Source: Gammaproteobacteria bacterium
GTDB taxonomy: Bacteria; Pseudomonadota; Gammaproteobacteria; Ga0077536
Assembly: GCA_963662545.2 (NCBI GenBank)
Contig: CAXXLL010000003.1
Coordinates: 864,001-928,000, forward strand
Length of the DNA stretch: 64,000 bases
Reading direction: 5' to 3'
The notes below the pieces were generated by a model. That model ran no database searches, had not been told where the DNA came from, and saw only the letters and a list, made by a program, of their open reading frames with translations. The first letter of the stretch is position 1. Each line of letters opens with the position of its first letter. The translations under genes were made by a program, and so were the position numbers. This document shows, in pieces, positions 54,331 through 62,482 of this stretch.

Positions 54331-54945
54331 CTACAGCAAAAACGGAATAATCATCGCTGCCACGATTATCATGAATGGCAGTCCGATCCATATGATTTTG
54401 GCGAACACTCCCGCATTTGATGGTTTTGGCCAATCCTTATCCATAAATCCAAAGTAAACCCCATACCCCTCACGCCACTCTAAACTCCATAGAAGGCCAG
54501 CGCATACGTATAGAACCCCTGACGCAAAAATGTTCGGGAGCCAAGTAAAAGGGTACTCGCCATCGCGAAGTACCAAATACCCATCGTACGACCAACTTGC
54601 AGAAAACATCCAGACACAAATTGCGACGTACAGGACTTCCCAGTTCCTATGATGACGAAACGTCCGGTATACGATTCCAACAGTCCACGGTGCCGTCGTA
54701 TACGCCAGGATGGACATAAAAGCTGCATCGATGTAATCCCAAGTGGGATCGCCCGTGTACGGCGCAATCACCGTCAATGAAACTGAAGAAATCAGAAAGG
54801 TGACGAGCTTCCAGCGCTGGAACAGCATAAGCCAGTATTCGTGGTCGAAGAGCTCGATATCTCTTCGCCGGGTGTACATAAGAGCGCCAGCCGCCACGCA
54901 CGCAGTCAACCAGGCCCCCATGTAGATCTTGAATGCCAGTTCCAT
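54331..54945 (-). CDS. Hypothetical polytopic membrane protein
   Basis: Several hydrophobic segments; APYTGDPTWDY, SASWSYDGY; start at MELAF. Confidence 0.78.
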   Translation of the reverse strand: MELAFKIYMGAWLTACVAAGALMYTRRRDIELFDHEYWLMLFQRWKLVTFLISSVSLTVIAPYTGDPTWDYIDAAFMSILAYTTAPWTVGIVYRTFRHHRNWEVLYVAICVWMFSASWSYDGYLVLRDGEYPFTWLPNIFASGVLYVCAGLLWSLEWREGYGVYFGFMDKDWPKPSNAGVFAKIIWIGLPFMIIVAAMIIPFLL

Positions 54946-55159
54946 CCTTGAGATCAGCCTAAAGGTTACGGTGTCATTTGAAAACGGTTCCGATACCAAA
55001 GGTTCGGAAAAGCCTCGTGATTTGACGGAATGTGAGAACAAACCTCAAATTCTCTGAGAAACTTGTTGGGGTGACTCGTAATATGAATCTGTTGAATGAG
55101 TTTGATCAAAGCCCGTCGCCGGCAATTGATGAACAGATTTGCGGATTTCCTAGCAGTAC

Positions 55160-55292
55160 ATGGCGGCTTTTAGCCGAGAGCCGTCCTGCTCAGCTAACGT
55201 ACCACCGAACGCTACGGGACGACCGCTTACGAGCACATTGCAGACGTAATCCTTACCTGTGTTGCACTGCCGCGATGAGTCGGCTCACGACC
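55160..55292 (+). repeat. Triple-palindrome repeat R14 (remainder 55453-55468)
   Basis: ATGGCGGCTTT-TAGCCG-AGAGCCGTCCT..GACCGCTTACGAGCACATTGCAGACGT..GTCGGCTCACGACC. Confidence 0.9.
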
Positions 55293-55452
55293 CAGACTGT
55301 GTGAAAACTATTTTCATTTTTCAAAAGTGGGGGAACTACCCTCGAAATTGGATCTAATTGAAATGCCGATCCCTATTCGAGGGGCATAACAACTATGCTG
55401 GTGGGGAATATTTTTATTTCGTCGTCGTATTTTTGAGTTTTCACACAGTCTG
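55293..55452. mobile_element. MITE-A copy 4
   Basis: Same 160-bp sequence; GACC duplication. Confidence 0.9.
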
Positions 55453-55641
55453 GACCCGAAGGAGACACTGGCGAAAATCGAATAACCCATCCTGACAGTT
55501 TCGAGTAGGGGAAAGTTAGCTGCGAGCGTAATGTGGCAATGCAAGACTCCCCCCATTTATTAATTTCGATCGGGTGAGTTCCACAGAAGGGTAGACCGCC
55601 GGAAAAGGGTTAAGTCACTGTTTCAGAGACGATTAGCGCTT

Positions 55642-55870
55642 TGTCAAGATTCTTTACACTCCGAATTTTCCGGCCCGATTTTCGCTAAGGCTTTGTAGTT
55701 ATTAGGGTCCCTACCCTGATTCCCCGCTAATCTCGGTGATTTGGCCCCGAAATAGGCTGAAAAGTGTCAAGAAATTTTACAAATCCCGGTAGTTTTTCCA
55801 CACCGTACTGGGGACGTATGTCGCAATGCTTTGTAATTGATGCATATTATTTATCTGGCACAAAACATGC
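55642..55870 (+). promoter_or_regulatory. Sigma-54 promoter with two TGT-N11-ACA enhancer boxes
   Basis: TGTCAAGATTCTTTACA (55642), TGTCAAGAAATTTTACA (55765), TGGCACAAAACATGC (55856). Confidence 0.72.
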
Positions 55871-55930
55871 GTGAATTCTCTGCTGGACTGAGCGTATGTC
55901 ACTTACGCGCAGTAGGCGGAGGGGAATGCC

Positions 55931-56650
55931 ATGACCGACAAGGACGCAGGGAACAAACCCGGCCACGATAGAACCAGCGAGATAACACTAGAGACTGGTG
56001 GCGACCCTGCTGGTGAACGCCAGAAAACCTTCAGCCGACGAGCGCTGCTCGAAGCCGGTTGGAGCGTGCCGCTGATTGCGGCGGTGCAGTTTCCGAGCGA
56101 TGCGTTCGCGGTGTCGGTACCGACCCATGCCGACTCCCCGGACCACAGCGATACTTTCCCGCACGAGGATAGCGCGAACCCGCATCAAGACACCAATCAC
56201 AGCGACGGTTTTGCTCATAACGACAGCGGCGACCCGCACCAAGATTCACACCAGGATGGAGCGGTGGTTCACGTCGACGATGTGGTGCCGCACAATGATT
56301 TTTTCAGTCCGCACGATGATGATTCGGCATTTGGTACGCACGACGACGAGGGCGGACACTTCGATATTCAACACAGCGATAGCCCGACCCACATTGATTC
56401 TTTCAGTCCGCACGATGACGATTCGGGATTTGGTACGCACGACGACGGGGGCAGACACTTCGATAAAACCCACGGAGATATCCCACCGCCTCACATTGAT
56501 CGTTTAACCCTAGATGATGATGAGCACGACGACACGCCTCCCACACACGATGACAATCCCCACGCCGATGTAGCTCAGCATGACGATATAGCAGCGCCCC
56601 ACTACGACAACGGACCGCACGACGACACGGACCATGGGGATGGGCCGTAG
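55931..56650 (+). CDS. His/Asp-rich repeat protein with RR-type leader
   Basis: SRRALLEAGWSVPLIAAV leader followed by >20 H-x-D triplets; RBS GGAGGGG. Confidence 0.82.
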   Translation: MTDKDAGNKPGHDRTSEITLETGGDPAGERQKTFSRRALLEAGWSVPLIAAVQFPSDAFAVSVPTHADSPDHSDTFPHEDSANPHQDTNHSDGFAHNDSGDPHQDSHQDGAVVHVDDVVPHNDFFSPHDDDSAFGTHDDEGGHFDIQHSDSPTHIDSFSPHDDDSGFGTHDDGGRHFDKTHGDIPPPHIDRLTLDDDEHDDTPPTHDDNPHADVAQHDDIAAPHYDNGPHDDTDHGDGP

Positions 56651-56764
56651 GGGCCCGCCGCATGCCGAGACCACCACATTCGCACTAATGGGCTTAGCAC
56701 TTACAGCATTGGGCTTCCGAAGCCGATAAGCACCATAACGCTACCAATTCATCTATCAGATTAC

Positions 56765-56795
56765 GAAGCCCCGCCTCAGTGCGGGGTTTTTATTT
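56765..56795 (+). terminator. Rho-independent terminator
   Basis: GCCCCGC-CTCAGT-GCGGGGT followed by T-rich tract. Confidence 0.75.
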
Positions 56796-57181
56796 GCGAT
56801 TCGCATGTCGGCTAATGTTAAGGGTTGTCAGATGCCTGCCGTAGACAGTGGACGGACTGGGTCGAGAGGGTGGGGGCAGGCGTCTGACAAGCCTCAAGGG
56901 AGGAAACCGCGGGAGAAGAACGCCGGCGCGTTGGTCGGCACGGTGCTATGGGGATTTGAGGGTGGCGTTGTTCGGATTGATATGATCGGTAGCCAACGGC
57001 AAGCGGTGTGTCGGGCAAGAACGGGTCAGCGTGCAATGAGGTGGGTGGGTGACCGGACGTTGAGGAGCGGGATCGGTACCGCTATGTGGTTTCGTCACGG
57101 CGCCAAGCAAGACGGTAACGTTGCCGGTGGTAAAGCGGCGATTTGTGGGCTGGTGGGCTGGCGAGTTCGAACGGTCGAGGG

Positions 57182-58375
57182 TCAAGGTGGGTCGCCTCCG
57201 CGGTGCGGTGGTGCACAGGGCGCGTGACCGGGCTCGAAGGTGTCGATGATGTGCATCGCACCTCCACAGGACGGACAGCGTAGCCAGTCGGGTGTCGCCT
57301 CATCAGTGTTGTCGTTGTCGTTGACATCTTGGGGTGTCTCGATGCCGAGCAGAGCGCGGACCTTTGCGAGGTTCTCGGTGCGCCCGCCGTTTGCGAACAA
57401 CCCGTAATGGCGAATGCGATGGAAGCCGTGGGGTAGGACGTGGATGAGGAAGCGGCGGATGAACTCGCCGGTCTCGAGCGACAGGGTCTTGTAGCGGTTC
57501 TCCTGCTGGGCGCGATAGTCCTTCCACTTGAAGCTCACGCGTTGTTGGTCGAAGGTGATGAGACGCGAGTTAGCGATGGCGACGCGGTGGGTATATCGGG
57601 CGAGGTATTCGAGCACCGCGGCGGGTCCGGCGAAGGGCGGGCGGGCATCAACGACCCACTCGCGTTTACGCAACGCAGTGAGGAACTCGGCGAAGGCGTG
57701 CGGGTCTTCGAGTCCCTGGTATTGGCCGAAGAAGGCCAACTGTCCGCCCGCGTGGAGTTCACCCAGTTGGCCGAGGAACAGGCGTCGGAACAACCGCGAG
57801 AGCACCCGCACCGGTAAGAAGAAGTTGGGCCGACAGGCGAGCCAACGCACGCCGTCGAGCGAGAGCCCGCCGCCAGGCACGATGCAGTGCAGATGGGGAT
57901 GATGGGTCATGGCCGAGCCCCAGGTATGCAGCACGGCGGTGAGCCCCAGGCGTGCCCCGAGGTGTTTGGGATCGGCCCCGATGGTGAGCAAGGTCTCGGC
58001 GGCGGCTTTGAACAAGAGGTTGTAGATAACGGCCTTGTTCTGATAGGCGAGGTTGCCGATCTCTGCCGGCACCGTGAACACGACGTGGAAGTACGCGACC
58101 GGTAGCAGCTCGGCTTCGCGCGCGGCAAGCCATTGCCTGGCCACTGCGCCCTGGCACTTCGGGCAGTGCCTGTTACGGCAGGAGTTGTAGGCGATCTCGA
58201 TGTGGTCACAGGCGTCGCAGTGCACAACGTGGCCGCCGAGCGCTGCGCTACGACAGCGCTCGATGGCCGACATGACCTTCAGCTGCCCGAGACTGAGGTG
58301 TCCGGCGTGCGCATGACGCCAAGCCGGACCGTAGGCGCGGAAGATATCCGCGACCTCGAGCGGTTGCCGAGACAC
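57182..58375 (-). CDS. IS91-family rolling-circle (HUH/Y2) transposase
   Basis: Zn-binding YNSCRNRHCPKCQ, HUH motif HPHLH, YLARY, RIRHYG. Confidence 0.95.
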   Translation of the reverse strand: MSRQPLEVADIFRAYGPAWRHAHAGHLSLGQLKVMSAIERCRSAALGGHVVHCDACDHIEIAYNSCRNRHCPKCQGAVARQWLAAREAELLPVAYFHVVFTVPAEIGNLAYQNKAVIYNLLFKAAAETLLTIGADPKHLGARLGLTAVLHTWGSAMTHHPHLHCIVPGGGLSLDGVRWLACRPNFFLPVRVLSRLFRRLFLGQLGELHAGGQLAFFGQYQGLEDPHAFAEFLTALRKREWVVDARPPFAGPAAVLEYLARYTHRVAIANSRLITFDQQRVSFKWKDYRAQQENRYKTLSLETGEFIRRFLIHVLPHGFHRIRHYGLFANGGRTENLAKVRALLGIETPQDVNDNDNTDEATPDWLRCPSCGGAMHIIDTFEPGHAPCAPPHRGGDPP

Positions 58376-58388
58376 CTCACCCGCCGGG

Positions 58389-59279
58389 TCAGGCGGGCGG
58401 TCTCAACTCCAGGGTGAGATGTTCCAGTGGGCTCACGACCTCACGAAGCGTGCGCGTGGCGACCTGGGAGTACAGCGCGGTGGTCTCGAGCTTCTGGTGT
58501 CCGAGCAGCACCTGGATCACACGGATGTCGACCCCCTGCTCAAGTAAATGAGTTGCGAATGAATGGCGCAGCGTATGCAGCGACACGCGCTTATCGATGG
58601 TCGCTAGGTCCACCGCCGCATGACAGGCCCGGTTGAGCTGGCGGGTGGTCAGAGGGTTGACGGGGTTCTGCCCCGGGAACAGCCAGCCGTGGGGCCACAT
58701 CTTGCCCTGCGATGCAGCGCTGCGGTACCAGGTGCGCAACACCTTGAGCAAGGTCGGTGAGAGCATAGCGTAGCGGTCCTTGCGTCCCTTACCCTGCTCG
58801 ACGCGCAGGAGCTTGCGCTCACGGTCAATATCGGTGACTTTCAGCATGACTCCCTCGCCGGCGCGAAGGCCGGCGCCATAGGCGAGCGACAACGCCGCCT
58901 GGTACTTGATGCCGGGCGCGGCTTGTAACAGGCGCGCAACTTCCTCACCGCTCAAGACCACCGGGAGCTTACGTTCCACGTGCACGGTACTCATCCGTTT
59001 CATCGCATCGGGCCGCTCGAGGGAGATCTCAAAGAAAAAGTGCAAACCGGTGATGGTGGCGTTGATGGTCGTGCGAGACACGCCGGTGGAGACCATGTGA
59101 AGTTGATAACGCCGCAGGTCTTCGCTACCGGCGGTGTCGGGAGAACGGGCGAGAAAGCGGGTGAAATTCTTGACCGCACGGATATAGGCTGTCTGTGTTT
59201 TCTCAGAGAGCTTACGAAGGCGCATGTCGTCGTGCATGCGTTGACGCAACGGGCTGATAGAATGCTTGTTCTGGGTCAT
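58389..59279 (-). CDS. Tyrosine recombinase (N-terminal SAM-like domain; XerD/IntI-related)
   Basis: Catalytic set GLR, GKGRKDR, HTLRH, LLGH, TALY; no obvious IntI-specific insertion. Confidence 0.93.
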   Translation of the reverse strand: MTQNKHSISPLRQRMHDDMRLRKLSEKTQTAYIRAVKNFTRFLARSPDTAGSEDLRRYQLHMVSTGVSRTTINATITGLHFFFEISLERPDAMKRMSTVHVERKLPVVLSGEEVARLLQAAPGIKYQAALSLAYGAGLRAGEGVMLKVTDIDRERKLLRVEQGKGRKDRYAMLSPTLLKVLRTWYRSAASQGKMWPHGWLFPGQNPVNPLTTRQLNRACHAAVDLATIDKRVSLHTLRHSFATHLLEQGVDIRVIQVLLGHQKLETTALYSQVATRTLREVVSPLEHLTLELRPPA

Positions 59280-59449
59280 GGGTCTGTTCCTTGTGTTGAG
59301 TTGCATGTCGCAAACCAACATCAACACGGGACAGACCCTTCCCGTCAATCCATCGCTAACGCCTGGTGAAACCTCCCCCTACCGCGCGAGCGGTTTAGTC
59401 CCTTGGCCGTAAGCCGTCATGGTCAAGTGTGGGATTCGCATCGTCGGTG

Positions 59450-59476
59450 ATGGCTGCTTTCGGGTAAAGCGGACGT
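59450..59476 (+). repeat. Single palindromic site 29 nt beyond the split site
   Basis: ATGGCTGCTTTCGGGTAAAGCGGACGT; same arm pattern and spacing as the triple repeats. Confidence 0.7.
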
Positions 59477-59935
59477 GGGCTATATCGACGCTTCTTATTC
59501 CTCTTTCACACCCTCCGGCCATAGCGCCTTACCCAATATGGTCATCGTTACAGCATTCCCAATGAGAACAAACATGAACATTGTTGTCGATTCTAACGGC
59601 GCTGCTTCGGCTCCTCTCACACATATCCAGTAGCCGAGTGTTACTCCGTACAGGTTGCCGACACCTACGCAAACGCGTAGATAGGCTTTTTAGCGTTTGT
59701 CCATAACGGCCCCTTTTGGGAGAGACTATAGACACGGCTCAGATATGGGCGGCACGGTATTGGAGGACATGGCGGAGAAAGTTTAAGGGGATGGCCAAAA
59801 AAGGCTGTCACAGTGACAGGCTTTCCGAGTTTGGCATTTCGCATACCCAAGCCTCCCGCTGAATGCAAATAGCCAAGGTGCCGGAGAAGCCACAGCCAAA
59901 ACTGTGTAGTATTAATACACGATTCGGCATTAACT

Positions 59936-60265
59936 CTATCGCAGCGTTTGACGGTATATGTATAGCGGCCCCGAGCTTCTTATGAAGCCTATCCCGCATT
60001 CATAATCACCTTGGCGTAAGTTCGGATCTCCGTGCTTTGCCGCCCTCTGGTATACCCACTCCCGGCATTCCTCGAGGCTTCCTAAATCGGGCTGCCTTTC
60101 ATAATCGGTCAGGTTTGCGGCATCGGGATAGTAAGTCGCGTCAATGTCTTCCCACGGCGCTGCGGCTTCCGACCAGAACACATTGGCAATATCATTTCCG
60201 GGGCTTCCGAATAAGGCCCATCCCGCCACCCATCCCGCCAATACGGCAAGCACAATCCAGTGCAT
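59936..60265 (-). CDS. Hypothetical membrane-anchored protein
   Basis: N-terminal TM; APWE..YYPD..SLEECR..DYECG. Confidence 0.65.
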   Translation of the reverse strand: MHWIVLAVLAGWVAGWALFGSPGNDIANVFWSEAAAPWEDIDATYYPDAANLTDYERQPDLGSLEECREWVYQRAAKHGDPNLRQGDYECGIGFIRSSGPLYIYRQTLR

Positions 60266-60354
60266 TTAATCTTCCCGTCTGGACCGATTATAGGCCGCCA
60301 GTAAGCGCCGTCAGCGGTGAATTGCAAAGTCGGCATTGCACCGGGCGTCAGCAG

Positions 60355-60696
60355 TTACCGGCGCATACGTTCCGCACCAAACACCCGATTGTAGATTTCA
60401 CTTGTCGGCGCCCTCCGTGTCCCCGAGTTATAGTGACCGTGGCGGCTGTTGAGATATCCAACGTATGCGAGGCAGGCCAGCGATTCCAGGGCACACCGGG
60501 AGGCGTGTATACAGTCGTCGCAGGGTGCCGGCGGTACTTTCTTGATGGCGTAAGCGAGCGCCGGCAACAGATCGTCGTATGTTTCTACAGAAAGCTCGCC
60601 GTCGTCCATGTCGCGCATATTACGCGCTTCTGATCTTGGGTAGCCGCCTGTAGTGCGTTCTAAGCGACGTTCTCTCCTCGTCCCATACCGTGGCAT
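60355..60696 (-). CDS. Hypothetical Cys-containing protein
   Basis: RBS GAGGGG; PCDDC...RC....LAC. Confidence 0.45.
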   Translation of the reverse strand: MPRYGTRRERRLERTTGGYPRSEARNMRDMDDGELSVETYDDLLPALAYAIKKVPPAPCDDCIHASRCALESLACLAYVGYLNSRHGHYNSGTRRAPTSEIYNRVFGAERMRR

Positions 60697-60786
60697 CCCC
60701 TCGTTCTGGCCCTGGGGGACACTGATGCTGATTGCGTTGCTGTGTCCCGGAGCCGGTGACCACAGCGCTGTGAAGCATTAGGCAGT

Positions 60787-60931
60787 ACGTCTCTTCTTTG
60801 CCGAAAGCCGAAGTCCTTCTTCAACACGATGCTGACGGCTACTCGACGATCGCTTACGAGAGCATTGCAAACGTAACGTTTAGCACTGCTGCACCGCGGC
60901 GAGGGGGCCGCTGCCGACCTACAGCGGACGT
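60787..60931 (+). repeat. Triple-palindrome repeat R15 (intact, 145 bp)
   Basis: ACGTCTCTTCTTTGCCGAAAGCCGAAGT-31nt-ACGATCGCTTACGAGAGCATTGCAAACGT-29nt-GGGGCCGCTGCCGACCTACAGCGGACGT. Confidence 0.9.
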
Positions 60932-60947
60932 CCCCAAGTTTGAATCG

Positions 60948-61100
60948 CTATTCCAACTCCTCCAACAACGCCTTCGCGTCTTGTAAATCTTTGGTGTCAA
61001 AACCTTCAGTGAACCAGTTGTAAATCTCGGAGAGTAACTGGTGAGCTTCGACTTGCTTGTCCTGCTGTTGCCACAGCCGGGCGAGGCTGGTGGCGGCGCT
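60948..61100 (-). pseudogene. C-terminal fragment of a cyclase/ATPase-TPR protein
   Basis: Manual translation: AATSLARLWQQQ..EAHQLLSEIYNWFTEGFDTKDLQDAKALLEELE*. Confidence 0.75.
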
Positions 61101-61337
61101 GACGTTGCCGTGGTGGTGGTTGCTCGAGCAGGGGCTCGCGGGCGAGCAGGTCGCCCATTTCCAACTGGCCGGCAGTCTGCTGGTTCCGGACTTCGATCAC
61201 CTGCTGAGCGTTAAGAATTGTAGAGTATCTTTCCGGACGGGTCTGAAGAAAAATTTACAGAAGCGACCCGCCGATTGTACGCAGGGCATGACACCGTGTC
61301 CTGATTTGATCAGCTCGATAGCGCCGGGGAGGCTAAT

Positions 61338-62069
61338 ATGAATCGTGGTATTGGGTACGCCTGCAATGAGCAAAGTCGCGACTGTTATGACACCGCTGGA
61401 ATGAGCAGGATTCGAATCTGGATCCTGTTCCTCGCTGCCAGTTGCTGCGTTTGTGCAGCGCCGGCCAGGGATGCACCCGCGCCGAGTGAACGCGAGCCGC
61501 GCAGTACGATCTATCTGGTGAACCACGGCTGGCACACCGGGATTGTGCTGCGGCGCGCCGACATCCCTGACAGTGTCTGGCCAGCACCTGGGGATTTTCC
61601 CGATGCACAATATCTGGAGGCAGGCTGGGGAGACATGGATTTCTACCAGACACCAGATCACCACATGGGGCTCATCCTCAAGGCGGCTCTGTTGCCTACC
61701 GCCAGCGTCCTGCACATTGTCGGTTTCAGTGGCCCTGTGCCAGCCTATTTTCCCTTTAGCGAGATCATTAGGATCGAGTTGTCCTCTGTCGGTTTTGAAC
61801 ATCTCTTACGGACTATTGCGGCAAGTTTCGCCAGGGACGCAGCCGGTAACGCCACGTCACTGGGTCCCGGCCTCTACGGAAACAGCCACTTCTACCTGTC
61901 CAGGGAGAACTATCATCTGTTCAACACATGCAACGTCTGGACCGCTCGGGCGCTGCGCGCCGCCGGTCTTCCTATCACGCCGGCACGTGCCATTACCGTG
62001 GAAAGTCTCATGTCCCAGGCGCGCAAGTTTGGAATGGTGGTGCAATCGGGGCCGGAACCCTCGGAGTGA
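61338..62069 (+). CDS. DUF2459-like exported protein (start probably 61401)
   Basis: NHGWHTGI, GWGD..FY, YHLFNTCNVWTA. Confidence 0.8.
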   Translation: MNRGIGYACNEQSRDCYDTAGMSRIRIWILFLAASCCVCAAPARDAPAPSEREPRSTIYLVNHGWHTGIVLRRADIPDSVWPAPGDFPDAQYLEAGWGDMDFYQTPDHHMGLILKAALLPTASVLHIVGFSGPVPAYFPFSEIIRIELSSVGFEHLLRTIAASFARDAAGNATSLGPGLYGNSHFYLSRENYHLFNTCNVWTARALRAAGLPITPARAITVESLMSQARKFGMVVQSGPEPSE

Positions 62070-62482
62070 CGCCTCAGGGGATTCATAACCGGCCGAACAT
62101 CAACATAAGGCCACAGGCCGCGGCCATTGGAGAAAGATATGAAACAGTTCAGGAAAATCCTGCTGGTACTGGCCCCCGGCAGCCAGGCTGGTACGCCTGC
62201 ACGGGGCCAACTTGCACGTGTTGACGGTACTCGAGGACCTGCTACTGGAGTTGAAAATACTCTTGTCCGCACCGCATCCCGAGGCTGTTGATCGGCAATA
62301 CGGCCGAGAGGATTCTCGATGGCGTCGAGTGCGATGTACTCGCCATAAAGCCCGAGGGATTCGTCACCCCGGTCACACTCACCAATTCGGAGGAGCGTCT
62401 GCGCCATGGGTAACGGCAGATTGGAATCGAGGATGGCCAACGGGTATTCCGTCAACCTTGCTTTGACGAAGTACCAGACGGC

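Larger units (their letters stand above)
56816..59403 (-). mobile_element. Tyrosine recombinase plus IS91-type transposase element inserted in a 28-bp palindromic site
   Basis: Flanks ATGTCGGCTAA|TG (56805-56817) and TG|GCCGTAAGCCGTCAT (59404-59420) join to rebuild one site. Confidence 0.85.

Noticed and set aside
56695-56730. Possible tRNA fragment or attR (GGGCTTCCGAAGCC)
   Set aside because: No T-arm or acceptor stem and no match to the tRNA at 19923.
58389-59279. Calling the recombinase an integron integrase (intI)
   Set aside because: No evident IntI-specific insertion, and it is coupled to an IS91-type transposase.
23204-60931. CRISPR array interpretation of the 28-bp palindromes with ~30-nt linkers
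   Set aside because: Only three degenerate units per locus, linker 2 is conserved across loci, and no cas genes are in the window.
23204-60931. Triple repeats as integron attC sites
   Set aside because: No RYYYAAC...GTTRRRY ends or single long hairpin, and cargo genes lie in both orientations.
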